From: Carboxylicivirga agarovorans
Lineage (GTDB): Bacteria; Bacteroidota; Bacteroidia; Bacteroidales; Marinilabiliaceae
Direction: 5' to 3'
NCBI RefSeq assembly: GCF_050589845.1
Contig: NZ_JBNGPA010000003.1
Location: forward strand, 77,720 to 141,719
Length of the DNA stretch: 64,000 nucleotides
In this document: positions 49,337 through 59,552 of the stretch, piece by piece
Position numbering within the stretch: position 1 is the stretch's first letter
Layout of the letters: each line of letters opens with the position of its first letter
Program-made: the position numbers and the translations under genes
The notes under the pieces: model-generated
What the model was told of the DNA's origin: nothing
The model's database searches: none
Seen by the model: the letters and a program-made list of their open reading frames with translations, nothing else

Positions 49337-50410
49337 TTAACCAAACTCCGTTTTCAGATCTGTGGTAAATTGTCTTATTTGCTGTTCATTGGTTTTTGGA
49401 CAGATCAACAGGGCTTTATCTGACTGAACCACAATGTAATCTTTCAGCCCCTGAATAACAGCAGTTGTACCCTTGGGCAGGTGAACTACACTATCCTCTG
49501 TATCGTATAATAAAACCTTACCACTCAACACAGCATTATTATCCATACTTCGTTCCGAGTTTTCATGCAGCGATGTCCATGTTCCAAGGTCAGACCAACC
49601 AAAATCGACAATTTGCACATAAACATTGTTGGCCTTTTCCATAACGCCATAGTCAATAGAGATATTTCGACAATCTACATAAGTATCGTACAAAGCTTTT
49701 TCTTCAGCCTCTGTAGCAACTGCCGGATAAAAATTATTGAACAAAGTGGCAACTTCCCGCAGGTGCTTCTCAAATGCCTCTTCAACACTTGCCAGGGACC
49801 AGATAAAAATACCCGAGTTCCAAAAAAACTCGCCACTCTCCAACAATATTTTGGCCATTTCCAGATTTGGCTTTTCAGTAAAAGTCTTTACCTTATTAAA
49901 ATTCTCAGGCAAGCCATTTTCATGTTCAACCTGGATGTATCCGTATCCGGTTTCAGGCCGGCTTGGCTTGATACCCAAGGTCAATAAAATGTTTTTGTCT
50001 TCAACGAAGTTAAGGCCGTTCACAATCTTCTCGCGAAACACCTCTTCATTTATAATAAGGTGATCAGATGGGGTGACAACGATATTAGCGTTGGGGTTCT
50101 TCTTTTTTATAACTGCATTGGCAAATGCAATACAAGGGGCTGTATTACGGCGTAAAGGCTCTGCCAGAACCTGTTCGGGCACAATTTCAGGCAGTTGTTC
50201 AAGCACCAGGTCCTTATAGGCCTTACTGGTTACTATGAGTATGTTTTCGATCGGACAAATTGGTTTAAAACGTTCAAACGTTTGCTGAAGTAATGATTTC
50301 CCGGTTCCCGTAATATCAAGAAATTGCTTGGGAGTTTCAGTAGTGCTCAAGGGCCAAAAGCGTCTGCCAACACCACCTGCCATTATTACACAGTATGTAT
50401 TGTTATTCAT
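49337..50410 (-). CDS. mannose-1-phosphate guanylyltransferase (GDP-mannose pyrophosphorylase)
   Basis: N-terminus CVIMAGGVGRRFWPLSTTETPKQFL is the NTP-transferase G-loop typical of ManC/CpsB. Confidence 0.85.
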   Translation of the reverse strand: MNNNTYCVIMAGGVGRRFWPLSTTETPKQFLDITGTGKSLLQQTFERFKPICPIENILIVTSKAYKDLVLEQLPEIVPEQVLAEPLRRNTAPCIAFANAVIKKKNPNANIVVTPSDHLIINEEVFREKIVNGLNFVEDKNILLTLGIKPSRPETGYGYIQVEHENGLPENFNKVKTFTEKPNLEMAKILLESGEFFWNSGIFIWSLASVEEAFEKHLREVATLFNNFYPAVATEAEEKALYDTYVDCRNISIDYGVMEKANNVYVQIVDFGWSDLGTWTSLHENSERSMDNNAVLSGKVLLYDTEDSVVHLPKGTTAVIQGLKDYIVVQSDKALLICPKTNEQQIRQFTTDLKTEFG

Positions 50411-50608
50411 GCATTTATTAGTTTATCAGGTTACAAGGTACTCCAAAGAAAAACTTAATCATAACAACTAATTGAATTGAATGAGTAAATTTCACTTTCT
50501 CTGATCATAGATGAATGTATTTACAAATACTAAAGTTGTATCTTGCTGCAGAATTTGTAATATTATTACTTTTATAATACTAAATTACGGACTATTTTCC
50601 ATATCGCA

Positions 50609-51349
50609 ATGAGAATTTTTTACCACCTTGGTCGTTATACACTCTTTTTAAAAAAAGTTTTTGGCAAGCCCGAAAAACACGCCATTTTTCTAAAGCAGAT
50701 CGTGCGTGAAATCGATAAGCTTGGTATTGACTCATTGGGCATTGTAATCATCATATCCATATTCATGGGCGCGGTGATCACCCTGCAGACAGCCTATAAT
50801 ATTGACATGCCTATTATACCAAAGTACACCGTAGGACTGGCCGCGCGTGATTCTATCCTGTTGGAATTTTCATCAACGATCGTTGGTCTGATACTGGCAG
50901 GTAAGGTAGGTTCCAACATTGCTTCAGAAATTGGCACCATGCGTGTAACGGAGCAAATCGATGCACTTGAGATCATGGGAATCAATCCGGCCGGGTATTT
51001 GGTTTTACCCAAGGTTGTTGCCTTTGTGTTTATCATTCCTGCCCTTACAATTATTAGTATGGGTGTTGGTATTTCAGGCGGATATATGGCCGGCTCATTA
51101 ACAGGCGAAGTTCCGGGACCCGAATATGTTTATGGAATTCAATATGCCTTTCAGCCGTTTTACATTGTTTACGCACTTATCAAATCGGTTGTATTCGCAT
51201 TTATCATAGCCACCATATCGGCCTATTGGGGCTATCACGTGCAGGGCGGCGCTTTGGAAGTTGGTAAAGCCAGTACGAAGGCGGTTGTTGCAAGCAGCAT
51301 TCAGATCTTATTATTCAACCTTATTCTTACACAACTATTGCTAGCATGA
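50609..51349 (+). CDS. mlaE: MlaE-family ABC transporter permease
   Basis: Conserved MlaE segments (IGTMRVTEQIDALEIMGINP) and 5-6 TM helices. Confidence 0.85.
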   Translation: MRIFYHLGRYTLFLKKVFGKPEKHAIFLKQIVREIDKLGIDSLGIVIIISIFMGAVITLQTAYNIDMPIIPKYTVGLAARDSILLEFSSTIVGLILAGKVGSNIASEIGTMRVTEQIDALEIMGINPAGYLVLPKVVAFVFIIPALTIISMGVGISGGYMAGSLTGEVPGPEYVYGIQYAFQPFYIVYALIKSVVFAFIIATISAYWGYHVQGGALEVGKASTKAVVASSIQILLFNLILTQLLLA

Positions 51350-52101
51350 TAGAGGCTATTGACATACATAAATCGTTTGGCGACAAAGAGATATTAAAAG
51401 GTATTTCAACGGTGTTTGAAAAGGGTAAAACCAACCTTATTATTGGACAAAGCGGCTCAGGTAAGACTGTACTGCTTAAATCACTTGTCGGTTTACATGA
51501 TGTAACATCGGGTGATATACGTTATGACGGCCACAGCTTTTTAAATTTAGACCAGGCCAGCAAAAAACGTCTGCGTCAGGACATAGGCATGCTGTTTCAG
51601 GGCTCGGCACTCTTTGACTCACTAACTGTTGAAGAAAACGTACGTTTTCCTTTGGACATGTTTACCGACTGGAGTGAAGAAGAACGACGTGAACGCGCCA
51701 ACTTCTGTATTAACCGTGTTAAATTGGAGAATGCCAATGATAAGTTTCCTTCTGAAATTAGTGGGGGAATGCAAAAGCGTGTGGCCATTGCTCGCGCCAT
51801 TGCCTTAAATCCTAAATACCTGTTTTGCGATGAGCCAAATTCTGGTCTTGATCCAAGAACATCAATAGTTATTGATGAACTGATTCATGAAATTACCAAA
51901 GAGTTTGACATGACTACCATCGTCAACACGCACGATATGAATTCCGTTATGGGAATAGGCGAAAACATAATATTTATCTACCAGGGTAATAAACTATGGG
52001 AAGGCACTAAAGATGATATTTTCCATGTGCAAAATAAGGAACTGGAAGATTTTATTTTTGCTTCGAAACTATTCAAACAAATAAGGGACAATAATTATTA
52101 A
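51346..52101 (+). CDS. mlaF: MlaF-like ABC transporter ATP-binding protein
   Basis: Walker A GQSGSGKT, signature LSGGMQKRVAIARA, Walker B LFCDEP. 4-bp overlap with mlaE. Confidence 0.85.
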   Translation: MIEAIDIHKSFGDKEILKGISTVFEKGKTNLIIGQSGSGKTVLLKSLVGLHDVTSGDIRYDGHSFLNLDQASKKRLRQDIGMLFQGSALFDSLTVEENVRFPLDMFTDWSEEERRERANFCINRVKLENANDKFPSEISGGMQKRVAIARAIALNPKYLFCDEPNSGLDPRTSIVIDELIHEITKEFDMTTIVNTHDMNSVMGIGENIIFIYQGNKLWEGTKDDIFHVQNKELEDFIFASKLFKQIRDNNY

Positions 52102-52110
52102 TGCTTTTAA

Positions 52111-52154
52111 CCCATCGGATGACTATCAACGATCGTTGATGGTCATCCGATGGG
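52111..52154. repeat. 44-bp near-perfect palindrome (one symmetric T/G mismatch, i.e. a G-U wobble in RNA), forming a 22-bp hairpin between convergent genes
   Basis: CCCATCGGATGACTATCAACGATCGTTGATGGTCATCCGATGGG checked against its reverse complement. The inner 16 bp ATCAACGATCGTTGAT is a perfect palindrome. Confidence 0.7.
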
Positions 52155-52173
52155 ATAAGAGCAATACTTCTAT

Positions 52174-53571
52174 TTACTTTTTAAAGTTGTATTGCATATC
52201 GTAATGAAGCGGATGCGATAAGCTCGCTTCAGTATTAAGCGGTTCACCTGCAATTCTTCTAATGGCCTTCAACCGCGCATTTGCTGGTGCCACACCCGTT
52301 AACTCTTTTAATGCCAATGCAAGGAAGTCTTCATTCGGATCTCCCAATTCCAGTAATTCTGGTGCATCAATAAAGTCTATGCGTTCCTGATCCGGTATTA
52401 AACCTTCGTCATAACTAATTGAGTTTGTCTTATTTTCAGCACGCATCACAATTGGTTGAATGGCCCATGAGTGTCTCTCATCAGGATCACTTAAGGTAAT
52501 TGACCCATAATACTTTCCATGCGTCTGTTCTCCAATATGATATACTTCCATATGTGGGTCAAGTCCATAAATAACCATCTCACTTGCAGATGCCGTTTTA
52601 AAAGTCGATAATACTGCAAGCTTTTCAAGGTTAAGATTATTTGCATTTTCAATCAGACGATCTACATACAAATCAGTTTCATTGGGATATTCCCTGTTAA
52701 AATAATTGGTCAGGTTGGTATTGTAATTTGTTCGCAACAAAACATCACCTATACTATTGGCTGGTGCAATCATACTACTCAATAGAATAGCCGAGTTTAC
52801 AGATCCTCCGCTATTGTATCTTAAGTCAAGGACAAGCTTATCTACTCCCTGACTTTTAAAATCGGCGAATACAGCCTGCAACTCTTCATCATAGTCACTC
52901 ACAAATGAAGTATAAACAAGGTAGCCAACCTTTGAGTTGCCATGTTCAATTACCTTGCTCAGTAATATTGGATTGCTCTGCCATTCAACGGCTGTTAAAT
53001 TAACCGATGGTGTTTCATCTGTTATAGTTAAATCCTCATTTAACACACCAAATGTCATGGTATAGGTGTCCTGATTTAATAATTCAGAATAATTCGATAT
53101 GGTCATCTGTTTACCATCTATTTTATGAAACATTCGTCCCCTGTATACTCCTCCCGACAGATCAGCAGGCGACCCGGGTTCAACATACTCTATAAAACCC
53201 ACTAAATCCTCTGAATCTGCAGTAAGCCTGAACAACCTTATTGAATGCCCCATTGACTTACTTATGCCCGAAAAATAGTTATTTAGAGCTTCAACATCGT
53301 CAGTAATAAATGACCATCTGTCAACCTGTGTATATAGTAATTTGTCAAAAAATTCATAGGTATCCGCTTCCTGTGTATAATCAAGATCAGGCATGTCTGT
53401 GTTCCAGAAATATGCAAATTCCATATTATCCCAGACAAATTTATTAATAGCTTGTACTTCTAACGGAACTTGGTTGGGATCGACCGGCTCAATTTTATCA
53501 TCATCACAAGATGTTATAATTGTCAGTCCAATAAAAATAAAGAGAAAGTAGAATAATTTTAAATCTTTCAT
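52174..53571 (-). CDS. S41 family peptidase (C-terminal processing protease-like) lipoprotein
   Basis: Lipoprotein signal (…IITSC). S41 motif DLRYNSGGSVNSAILLSSMIAP. Confidence 0.8.
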   Translation of the reverse strand: MKDLKLFYFLFIFIGLTIITSCDDDKIEPVDPNQVPLEVQAINKFVWDNMEFAYFWNTDMPDLDYTQEADTYEFFDKLLYTQVDRWSFITDDVEALNNYFSGISKSMGHSIRLFRLTADSEDLVGFIEYVEPGSPADLSGGVYRGRMFHKIDGKQMTISNYSELLNQDTYTMTFGVLNEDLTITDETPSVNLTAVEWQSNPILLSKVIEHGNSKVGYLVYTSFVSDYDEELQAVFADFKSQGVDKLVLDLRYNSGGSVNSAILLSSMIAPANSIGDVLLRTNYNTNLTNYFNREYPNETDLYVDRLIENANNLNLEKLAVLSTFKTASASEMVIYGLDPHMEVYHIGEQTHGKYYGSITLSDPDERHSWAIQPIVMRAENKTNSISYDEGLIPDQERIDFIDAPELLELGDPNEDFLALALKELTGVAPANARLKAIRRIAGEPLNTEASLSHPLHYDMQYNFKK

Positions 53572-53637
53572 GTGTGTAGATTTTGAATTGTTTACGATAT
53601 TTAAAACTACTAATTCATTTGAATATTATATCAAAAC

Positions 53638-54318
53638 GTGCAGAAAAACACTCAATATTACATCGTATGGCCTGCCGAACAAGTCGACATGCCAAAGCCT
53701 CAAGAGGCTTTACACAATCTGGATCTGGTTGATAAGCTAAATAAATATGTTCCCCATATATTAAAGAAAGAAAAACGTATTTTGGTTCATCGCTCACTAA
53801 GTTTCATACAACGCCTTAGCTTGCCCAAAGGCTATCCGTTTAGAAACGGGCAACAAACAAATACAAAAGGCTGTATTGTGTGGACAGACTATAGTATCAG
53901 TAGCTGGCCTTTATTACTTTCACTTTTAAAATCAGACAAGCGATCTTTTGACCAGGTACTTTACCAATACTTTATTAAGAACGATAAGCTCATACCTGAC
54001 TGGAACATCATTAAACAACAGTTGGTTGAGCACCATACCGTCATAAAGTCCATCAGCATCGATGAACTAGACAGGTGGTATGACGAGATAAGTGCTACAT
54101 TAATCAGGCCTCAGGCTTACCACGAGCTTTACCAGTGGTTTGGATCTGATGTTCGTGATATAGGTTATGATGCATTTGATTACTTTATGGAATCGCGTAA
54201 CACCGTTGATGCATGGCAACAAGCCATTAACAAGCATTTGGGAAGCATCAGCAACCTACCCAAGGAACAAAACGATTACTTAATGAACAAGTATCTTAAC
54301 AAGATAATTAATGAATAG
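53638..54318 (+). CDS. hypothetical protein
   Basis: 226-aa ORF with no recognised domain. The start is uncertain. Confidence 0.4.
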   Translation: MQKNTQYYIVWPAEQVDMPKPQEALHNLDLVDKLNKYVPHILKKEKRILVHRSLSFIQRLSLPKGYPFRNGQQTNTKGCIVWTDYSISSWPLLLSLLKSDKRSFDQVLYQYFIKNDKLIPDWNIIKQQLVEHHTVIKSISIDELDRWYDEISATLIRPQAYHELYQWFGSDVRDIGYDAFDYFMESRNTVDAWQQAINKHLGSISNLPKEQNDYLMNKYLNKIINE

Positions 54319-54381
54319 ATAGATCAGATCATTGAAGTTTTAAAAACCTTTCAGTCTGTTTATCTTTGAGAAAAAACAATT

Positions 54382-55206
54382 ATGATGAAAATATCATACG
54401 AACAAATAAAAGAAGCCGCTGCATTTATTGAGCAGCAGGGGGTGGAAAGTCCTCAGGTTGGTATCATTCTAGGCACCGGCCTGGGCGGATTGGTTAGTAG
54501 TATCAACATTGAGAAAGAAATAGACTATGCCACTATTCCTAATTTTCCGGTTTCGACGGTAGAGTCACACAAAGGCAAGTTGATCTTTGGCGAACTGGAA
54601 GGTAAAAAAGTACTGGCTATGCAAGGTCGCTTTCATTATTATGAAGGCTATAGCATGCAACAGATCACCCTTCCGGTGCGTGTAATGAAGTTATTAGGCA
54701 TTAAGCAACTATTGATCTCCAATGCGGCAGGAGCTGTTAATCTTGACTACAAAAAAGGCTCATTAATGTTAATTGACGATCATATCAATTTACTTCCTGA
54801 GAACCCCTTAACAGGTCAGAATATCAATGAACTGGGTCCCAGGTTCCCTGATATGAGTCAGCCATTTGATAAAAACATCAATCAACTCTTAAAGAAAGCG
54901 GCAAGTGAAGAAAACGTTACACTTCACGAAGGAGTGTATGCCTCGGTACCCGGGCCTAACCTTGAAACCTGTGCGGAATATCGTTATATCAAGATAATTG
55001 GTGGTGATGCCGTTGGTATGTCTACTGTACCTGAAGTTATTGTGGCAAACCATATGAACCTGCCTTGTGCCGCTGTTTCAGTATTGACAGATGAATGCGA
55101 CCCGGCCAATTTGCATCCCGTTAGCTTACAGGAAATATTAGATGTGGCTGCCGAAGCTGAAAAAGGTCTGATCAAGATTTTCAGAAAAGTTGTTGCGGCA
55201 TTGTAA
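54382..55206 (+). CDS. purine nucleoside phosphorylase (PNP family 1, PunA/XapA type)
   Basis: VGIILGTGLGG ... AMQGRFHYYEGY ... GGDAVGMSTVPEVIVA are canonical trimeric-PNP motifs. Confidence 0.85.
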   Translation: MMKISYEQIKEAAAFIEQQGVESPQVGIILGTGLGGLVSSINIEKEIDYATIPNFPVSTVESHKGKLIFGELEGKKVLAMQGRFHYYEGYSMQQITLPVRVMKLLGIKQLLISNAAGAVNLDYKKGSLMLIDDHINLLPENPLTGQNINELGPRFPDMSQPFDKNINQLLKKAASEENVTLHEGVYASVPGPNLETCAEYRYIKIIGGDAVGMSTVPEVIVANHMNLPCAAVSVLTDECDPANLHPVSLQEILDVAAEAEKGLIKIFRKVVAAL

Positions 55207-55305
55207 AAAGGCCGGACATCAGCAAGGCAACTTGTCTAACTCATAAAAAAAGGATCACACTTAAATACCCTGTGTGATCCTTTTTTCTTCGGCAATAGTG
55301 CCCAA

Positions 55306-55914
55306 TTACTTATTCTGTATAGCCATAATTCGGCTAATGTATTTTCCTAAGATATCAAACTCAATATTAATGGTTGAGCCCACTTCGATCTGGTGGAAAT
55401 TTGTGAAATCGTGCGTGTATGGTATAATGGCAACTGAAAACTGGTCATCCTTGCTATTTACAACAGTAAGACTAACACCGTTAACTGTTACCGAACCTTT
55501 TTCAACGGTCATATAACCTTCAGCAGCTTTTTCTTTGTCAATCACATACTGGAAAGTATAATACCAACTTCCATCGGCTTCTTTAACATCAATACATTTA
55601 GCTGTCTGGTCAACATGTCCCTGCACAATATGTCCGTCCAAGCGGCCATTCATGATCATGCTGCGCTCCAGATTTACCTTGTCACCAATTTTTAACAAGC
55701 CCAGGTTCGACTTCTCAAGTGTTTCTTTAATAGCTGTTACCGTGTAAGTTTTACCTTCTTTCTTAACAACAGTCAAACAAACGCCATTGTGTGCAATACT
55801 CTGATCAATCTTCAACTCATCGGTAAATGTACACTCCAGTGTCAAATGAAGATTTCCTTTATCTTGCTCTAAGCCTACTACCACTGCGGCTTCTTCTACA
55901 ATACCTGAAAACAT
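55306..55914 (-). CDS. ribE: riboflavin synthase
   Basis: MFSGIVEE...NGVCLTV in both lumazine-binding repeats, plus GDKVNLERSM. Confidence 0.9.
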   Translation of the reverse strand: MFSGIVEEAAVVVGLEQDKGNLHLTLECTFTDELKIDQSIAHNGVCLTVVKKEGKTYTVTAIKETLEKSNLGLLKIGDKVNLERSMIMNGRLDGHIVQGHVDQTAKCIDVKEADGSWYYTFQYVIDKEKAAEGYMTVEKGSVTVNGVSLTVVNSKDDQFSVAIIPYTHDFTNFHQIEVGSTINIEFDILGKYISRIMAIQNK

Positions 55915-56123
55915 TTTAAAGCTCTTTTATGTTAGAAACTATCTGATTATCTGAACCGCTAAAATACCAAATAAATTAGACCTATGATGTAAGATTTTAA
56001 TTTAAGACTTAAACATTTACCGTTTAAGCACACAATACTTTTTAGCAGATAATATTATTTGTATTTTTCGCTTCAGAATTTAAGTCTGGAGTCCTGGATC
56101 ATAACTATTTTAAAGAAAACACC

Positions 56124-56528
56124 ATGACAACAATAAAAACAAAATACCTGGGAGGTCTTCGTACCGAAAATATCCACCTGCAATCAGGCGCTAAGATTAT
56201 TACCGATGCACCCTGCGATAACCGTGGCAAGGGAGAGTCCTTTTCGCCAACTGATATGTTGGCAACTGCACTGGGTAACTGCATTATGACCATAATGGGC
56301 ATTAAGGCCATGGACAACAACATTGATATTGAAGGCACTGAACTGGATATTACTAAGGTCATGGCTGAAAACCCACGCCGGGTTGCTGAAGTTATAATTG
56401 AATTCAATTTCCCGGATAAAGGGTATAGCGATGATGAAAAAGCTTTGATTGAGAGTGTTGCCGGCACAAGTCCTGTGCCATTGAGCGTGCATCCGGACCT
56501 TAAGCAAACCATTACTTTTAACTGGTAA
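56124..56528 (+). CDS. OsmC/Ohr family protein
   Basis: 134 aa. OsmC fold pattern with conserved Cys pair (…APCDNRG… / …ALGNCIMT…). Confidence 0.75.
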   Translation: MTTIKTKYLGGLRTENIHLQSGAKIITDAPCDNRGKGESFSPTDMLATALGNCIMTIMGIKAMDNNIDIEGTELDITKVMAENPRRVAEVIIEFNFPDKGYSDDEKALIESVAGTSPVPLSVHPDLKQTITFNW

Positions 56529-56537
56529 ATACTTCCT

Positions 56538-57527
56538 ATGATATTAGTAACCGGTGCTACGGGATTAGTAGGTTCTCATCTGTTAAATGCTTTAATTAAG
56601 AAAGGCAATAAAGTTAGGGCCTTATACCGTTTTGAGGATAGTAAAGCTACCGTTAAGGCAATTTTCGAACACTACAACACCAACAACTTTGAGTCCATTG
56701 AGTGGTTTAAAGCCGATTTAATGGACTATTTCCTCTTGCGTGATGCCATGAAAGACATTGATACGATCTATCATTGCGCGGCCATGGTTTCGTTTAAACC
56801 CAGTGACCGCAATGCAATGTTCACTATAAATGTTGAGGGCACTGCCAACCTTGTTAACGCAGCAATCGAACTTGGCATCAGTCGTTTTTGCCACGTTAGT
56901 TCCATTGCCACATTGGGTAAGTCTCAAAATGGAGAACTCATCGATGAAAGCACTTTCTGGCAGAACGATGATAACCATTCGGTCTATTCACAAAGCAAGT
57001 TCAGGGCCGAAATGGAAGTGTGGCGTGGCACCAAGGAAGGTCTGAACGCTGTTGTGGTCAACCCCTCTGTTATTATAGGACCTTGCCCTGACGAACAAAG
57101 TTCAGGACAATTAATAAACACCCTGAGCAAGAACATGACATTTTATACGGGAGGAGGTACGGGCTTTGTTGACGTGCGTGATGTCGTGGATGCTATGATT
57201 GCCATATGCAGTTCAGAGTACGTCAATGAGCGCTTTGTTATTAATGGTGAAAACCTCAAGTACCAGGAATTGATGAACACTGCTGCCAGGATATTTAAGG
57301 TTAAGCCTCCAAATATTAAGGCCAACAGGATATTAACAGGACTTGCCTGGCGTTTTGAGCGGCTTAAATACATGCTTTGGCGTACCGCTCCCAAAATGAC
57401 AAAGGAAACGGCAAGAACCTCACAAAACCAGTCGAAATACTCAAGTGAAAAGCTCATTAACGCTTTTGGTAACAACTTTTATTCCATTGAAGAAGCCTTA
57501 GTTAATGTGGCTGAGTTCAGGAGATAA
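56538..57527 (+). CDS. NAD-dependent epimerase/dehydratase (extended SDR) family protein
   Basis: MILVTGATGLVGSHL Rossmann motif. YxxxK in YSQSKFRAE. Confidence 0.8.
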   Translation: MILVTGATGLVGSHLLNALIKKGNKVRALYRFEDSKATVKAIFEHYNTNNFESIEWFKADLMDYFLLRDAMKDIDTIYHCAAMVSFKPSDRNAMFTINVEGTANLVNAAIELGISRFCHVSSIATLGKSQNGELIDESTFWQNDDNHSVYSQSKFRAEMEVWRGTKEGLNAVVVNPSVIIGPCPDEQSSGQLINTLSKNMTFYTGGGTGFVDVRDVVDAMIAICSSEYVNERFVINGENLKYQELMNTAARIFKVKPPNIKANRILTGLAWRFERLKYMLWRTAPKMTKETARTSQNQSKYSSEKLINAFGNNFYSIEEALVNVAEFRR

Positions 57528-57602
57528 ACTTCCCTTCGACAAGCTCAGGAAACGGGAACCTGCATACAACCGCTCCCCGAGCCTGCCCAAGGAAGGTATA
57601 AG

Positions 57603-57634
57603 AAGGGCGATCAACATTAATGCTGATCGCCCTT
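57603..57634. terminator. bidirectional terminator hairpin (AAGGGCGATCA-10 nt-TGATCGCCCTT) followed by a T-rich tract
   Basis: 11-bp perfect stem between convergent genes. Confidence 0.55.
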
Positions 57635-57655
57635 TTACTATTTAACTTAACCTGA

Positions 57656-58468
57656 TTAAATTCGGCTTACCAGCTCCTTAATCACTTTTGTCATTTTTGG
57701 TTCAGCAGCCGCAGCTACCTCCTGCACCTCCTCATGCGATACCTCAACAATTTGTCCCGGCACGCCTGAATCGGTGATGATTGAAATCCCAAAACATTGC
57801 ATGTCCATGTGACGGGCAACAATTACCTCTGGTACAGTAGACATACCAACAGCGTCCGCACCAAGGATACGAAACATCTTATACTCGGCAGGAGTTTCAA
57901 AAGTAGGGCCCGTTGTACCAACATATACCCCTTGTTTCAGATCAATATTATTCTCTTGACCGATCTTAATGGCTTCAGCAATGAACTTTTTACTATAAGG
58001 TTCACTCATATCGGGGAATCGGGGTCCCAGTTCATTGTTGTTCTTACCAATTAAAGGATTGTCACCAAACATATTGATCTGGTCATTTATCACCATAATA
58101 TCACCTACCGCATAGTCAGGGTTAAGTCCACCGCTGGCGTTAGAAACGAACAGGGTTTCAATACCCAGTTGCTTCATAACTCTCACCGGAAACGTAACCT
58201 CCTTCATATCGTAGCCTTCATAGTAATGAAAACGTCCTTGCATGGCCAGGATAGGCACATTATTAATTGTTCCGAAAATCAACCGGCCACTGTGTCCTTC
58301 AACAGTTGAAACAGGAAAATTTGGTATCTCTTCATATGAAATTGACTTCTCAATTTCAATTTCCTGAACTAGTCCTCCCAGTCCGGTTCCTAAAATAATT
58401 CCGATTGCGGGGTTAAGCTTACTCTGATTACGCAGGTAATCAGCTGTAATTTGAATGGTCTCTAACAT
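57656..58468 (-). CDS. purine nucleoside phosphorylase (second PNP family-1 paralog)
   Basis: IGIILGTGLGG ... AMQGRFHYYEGY ... GADAVGMSTVPEVIVA. Roughly 55% identity to 54382..55206 by eye. Confidence 0.85.
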   Translation of the reverse strand: MLETIQITADYLRNQSKLNPAIGIILGTGLGGLVQEIEIEKSISYEEIPNFPVSTVEGHSGRLIFGTINNVPILAMQGRFHYYEGYDMKEVTFPVRVMKQLGIETLFVSNASGGLNPDYAVGDIMVINDQINMFGDNPLIGKNNNELGPRFPDMSEPYSKKFIAEAIKIGQENNIDLKQGVYVGTTGPTFETPAEYKMFRILGADAVGMSTVPEVIVARHMDMQCFGISIITDSGVPGQIVEVSHEEVQEVAAAAEPKMTKVIKELVSRI

Positions 58469-59501
58469 AGTTGCGTATTATATTTTCAAATTTTTCTTGT
58501 TCACTAAAAAGTATCCTTAACTCAATTGGTATATACCATGCTTTTCCTTTAACCAGATCGGGAAGCTTGTGGAAACGCACTGCATCCTTTTCTGTTGTGA
58601 TCAACGATCTTATCTTTTCATCGCTAATAGCACGAGTTATTATGTCAACATCATCTGATGAAAAATGATGGTGATCGGGAAATATGAGTTGATCGTGTAC
58701 TTTATAGTTATTTTTAAGATGATCTATAAACCCTTCGGGTCGTGCGATACCAGCTAATGCCACTACCGGCATTCCTCCCTGGAAACTCTCCTTATTGTTT
58801 TTATCCACCGCTTTGGGTAAACCATAGCTGATAGAGGTAAAAAACACTTGCTGATCATCACTTGCTTTTAGTTTTTTGAGCCAGTAAGCCTTATCCTTGT
58901 CTGAAAAGTTTTCAGGGCATTTATTGACCACAATGATATCTGCACGCTTTTGTCCATTCCTGGTTTCCCTTAAATCCCCAGCAGGAAAAGGACAGTCCTT
59001 CCACAGGGGACGATTATAATCGATTACCAGGAGCGAAAGACCAGGTTTGACATATCGGTGTTGATAGGCATCATCCATCAATACCACATCAGTCTGCAGG
59101 TTTTTCAGAATCAGGTTCATGCCTTCAACCCGCTTTTCGGCAACAGCCACATTGATGGAAGGAAACTTACTTTTTATCTGGAACGGCTCATCTCCGATTG
59201 TTTCAGCATTACTGCTTTTATTAGCTAAGAGAGCACCCTTGGTTTTGCGCTTGTAACCACGACTAAGTAAGGTCAGTTTATGATCGCTAATTAAAATTCG
59301 AATTAAATACTCCGTCAGAGGTGTTTTACCAGTCCCTCCAACTGTAATGTTACCTATAGAAATTATTGGTAACGAATAGCCCTTAGAGCGTAAGATTCCT
59401 GCGTCGAAACACTTGTTTCGAACACTTGTTATCCCGGCATAGAGCAGGCTAAAAGGATATAACAGTTTTCGGATTTGCATCTGGTTATTTAATTCTGACA
59501 A
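58440..59501 (-). CDS. lpxK: tetraacyldisaccharide 4'-kinase
   Basis: P-loop ISIGNITVGGTGKTPLTEYL typical of LpxK. Size 353 aa. Confidence 0.85.
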   Translation of the reverse strand: MSELNNQMQIRKLLYPFSLLYAGITSVRNKCFDAGILRSKGYSLPIISIGNITVGGTGKTPLTEYLIRILISDHKLTLLSRGYKRKTKGALLANKSSNAETIGDEPFQIKSKFPSINVAVAEKRVEGMNLILKNLQTDVVLMDDAYQHRYVKPGLSLLVIDYNRPLWKDCPFPAGDLRETRNGQKRADIIVVNKCPENFSDKDKAYWLKKLKASDDQQVFFTSISYGLPKAVDKNNKESFQGGMPVVALAGIARPEGFIDHLKNNYKVHDQLIFPDHHHFSSDDVDIITRAISDEKIRSLITTEKDAVRFHKLPDLVKGKAWYIPIELRILFSEQEKFENIIRNYVRDHSNYS

Positions 59502-59552
59502 AAAAACAGCTTGCCTTGTCCAGGCAAGCTGCCAATATATTATCTCTTTTAC

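Noticed and set aside
55915-56123. Possible FMN riboswitch upstream of ribE
   Set aside because: The 209-bp leader lacks the conserved FMN-element core motifs. ribE is often not the riboswitch-controlled gene anyway.
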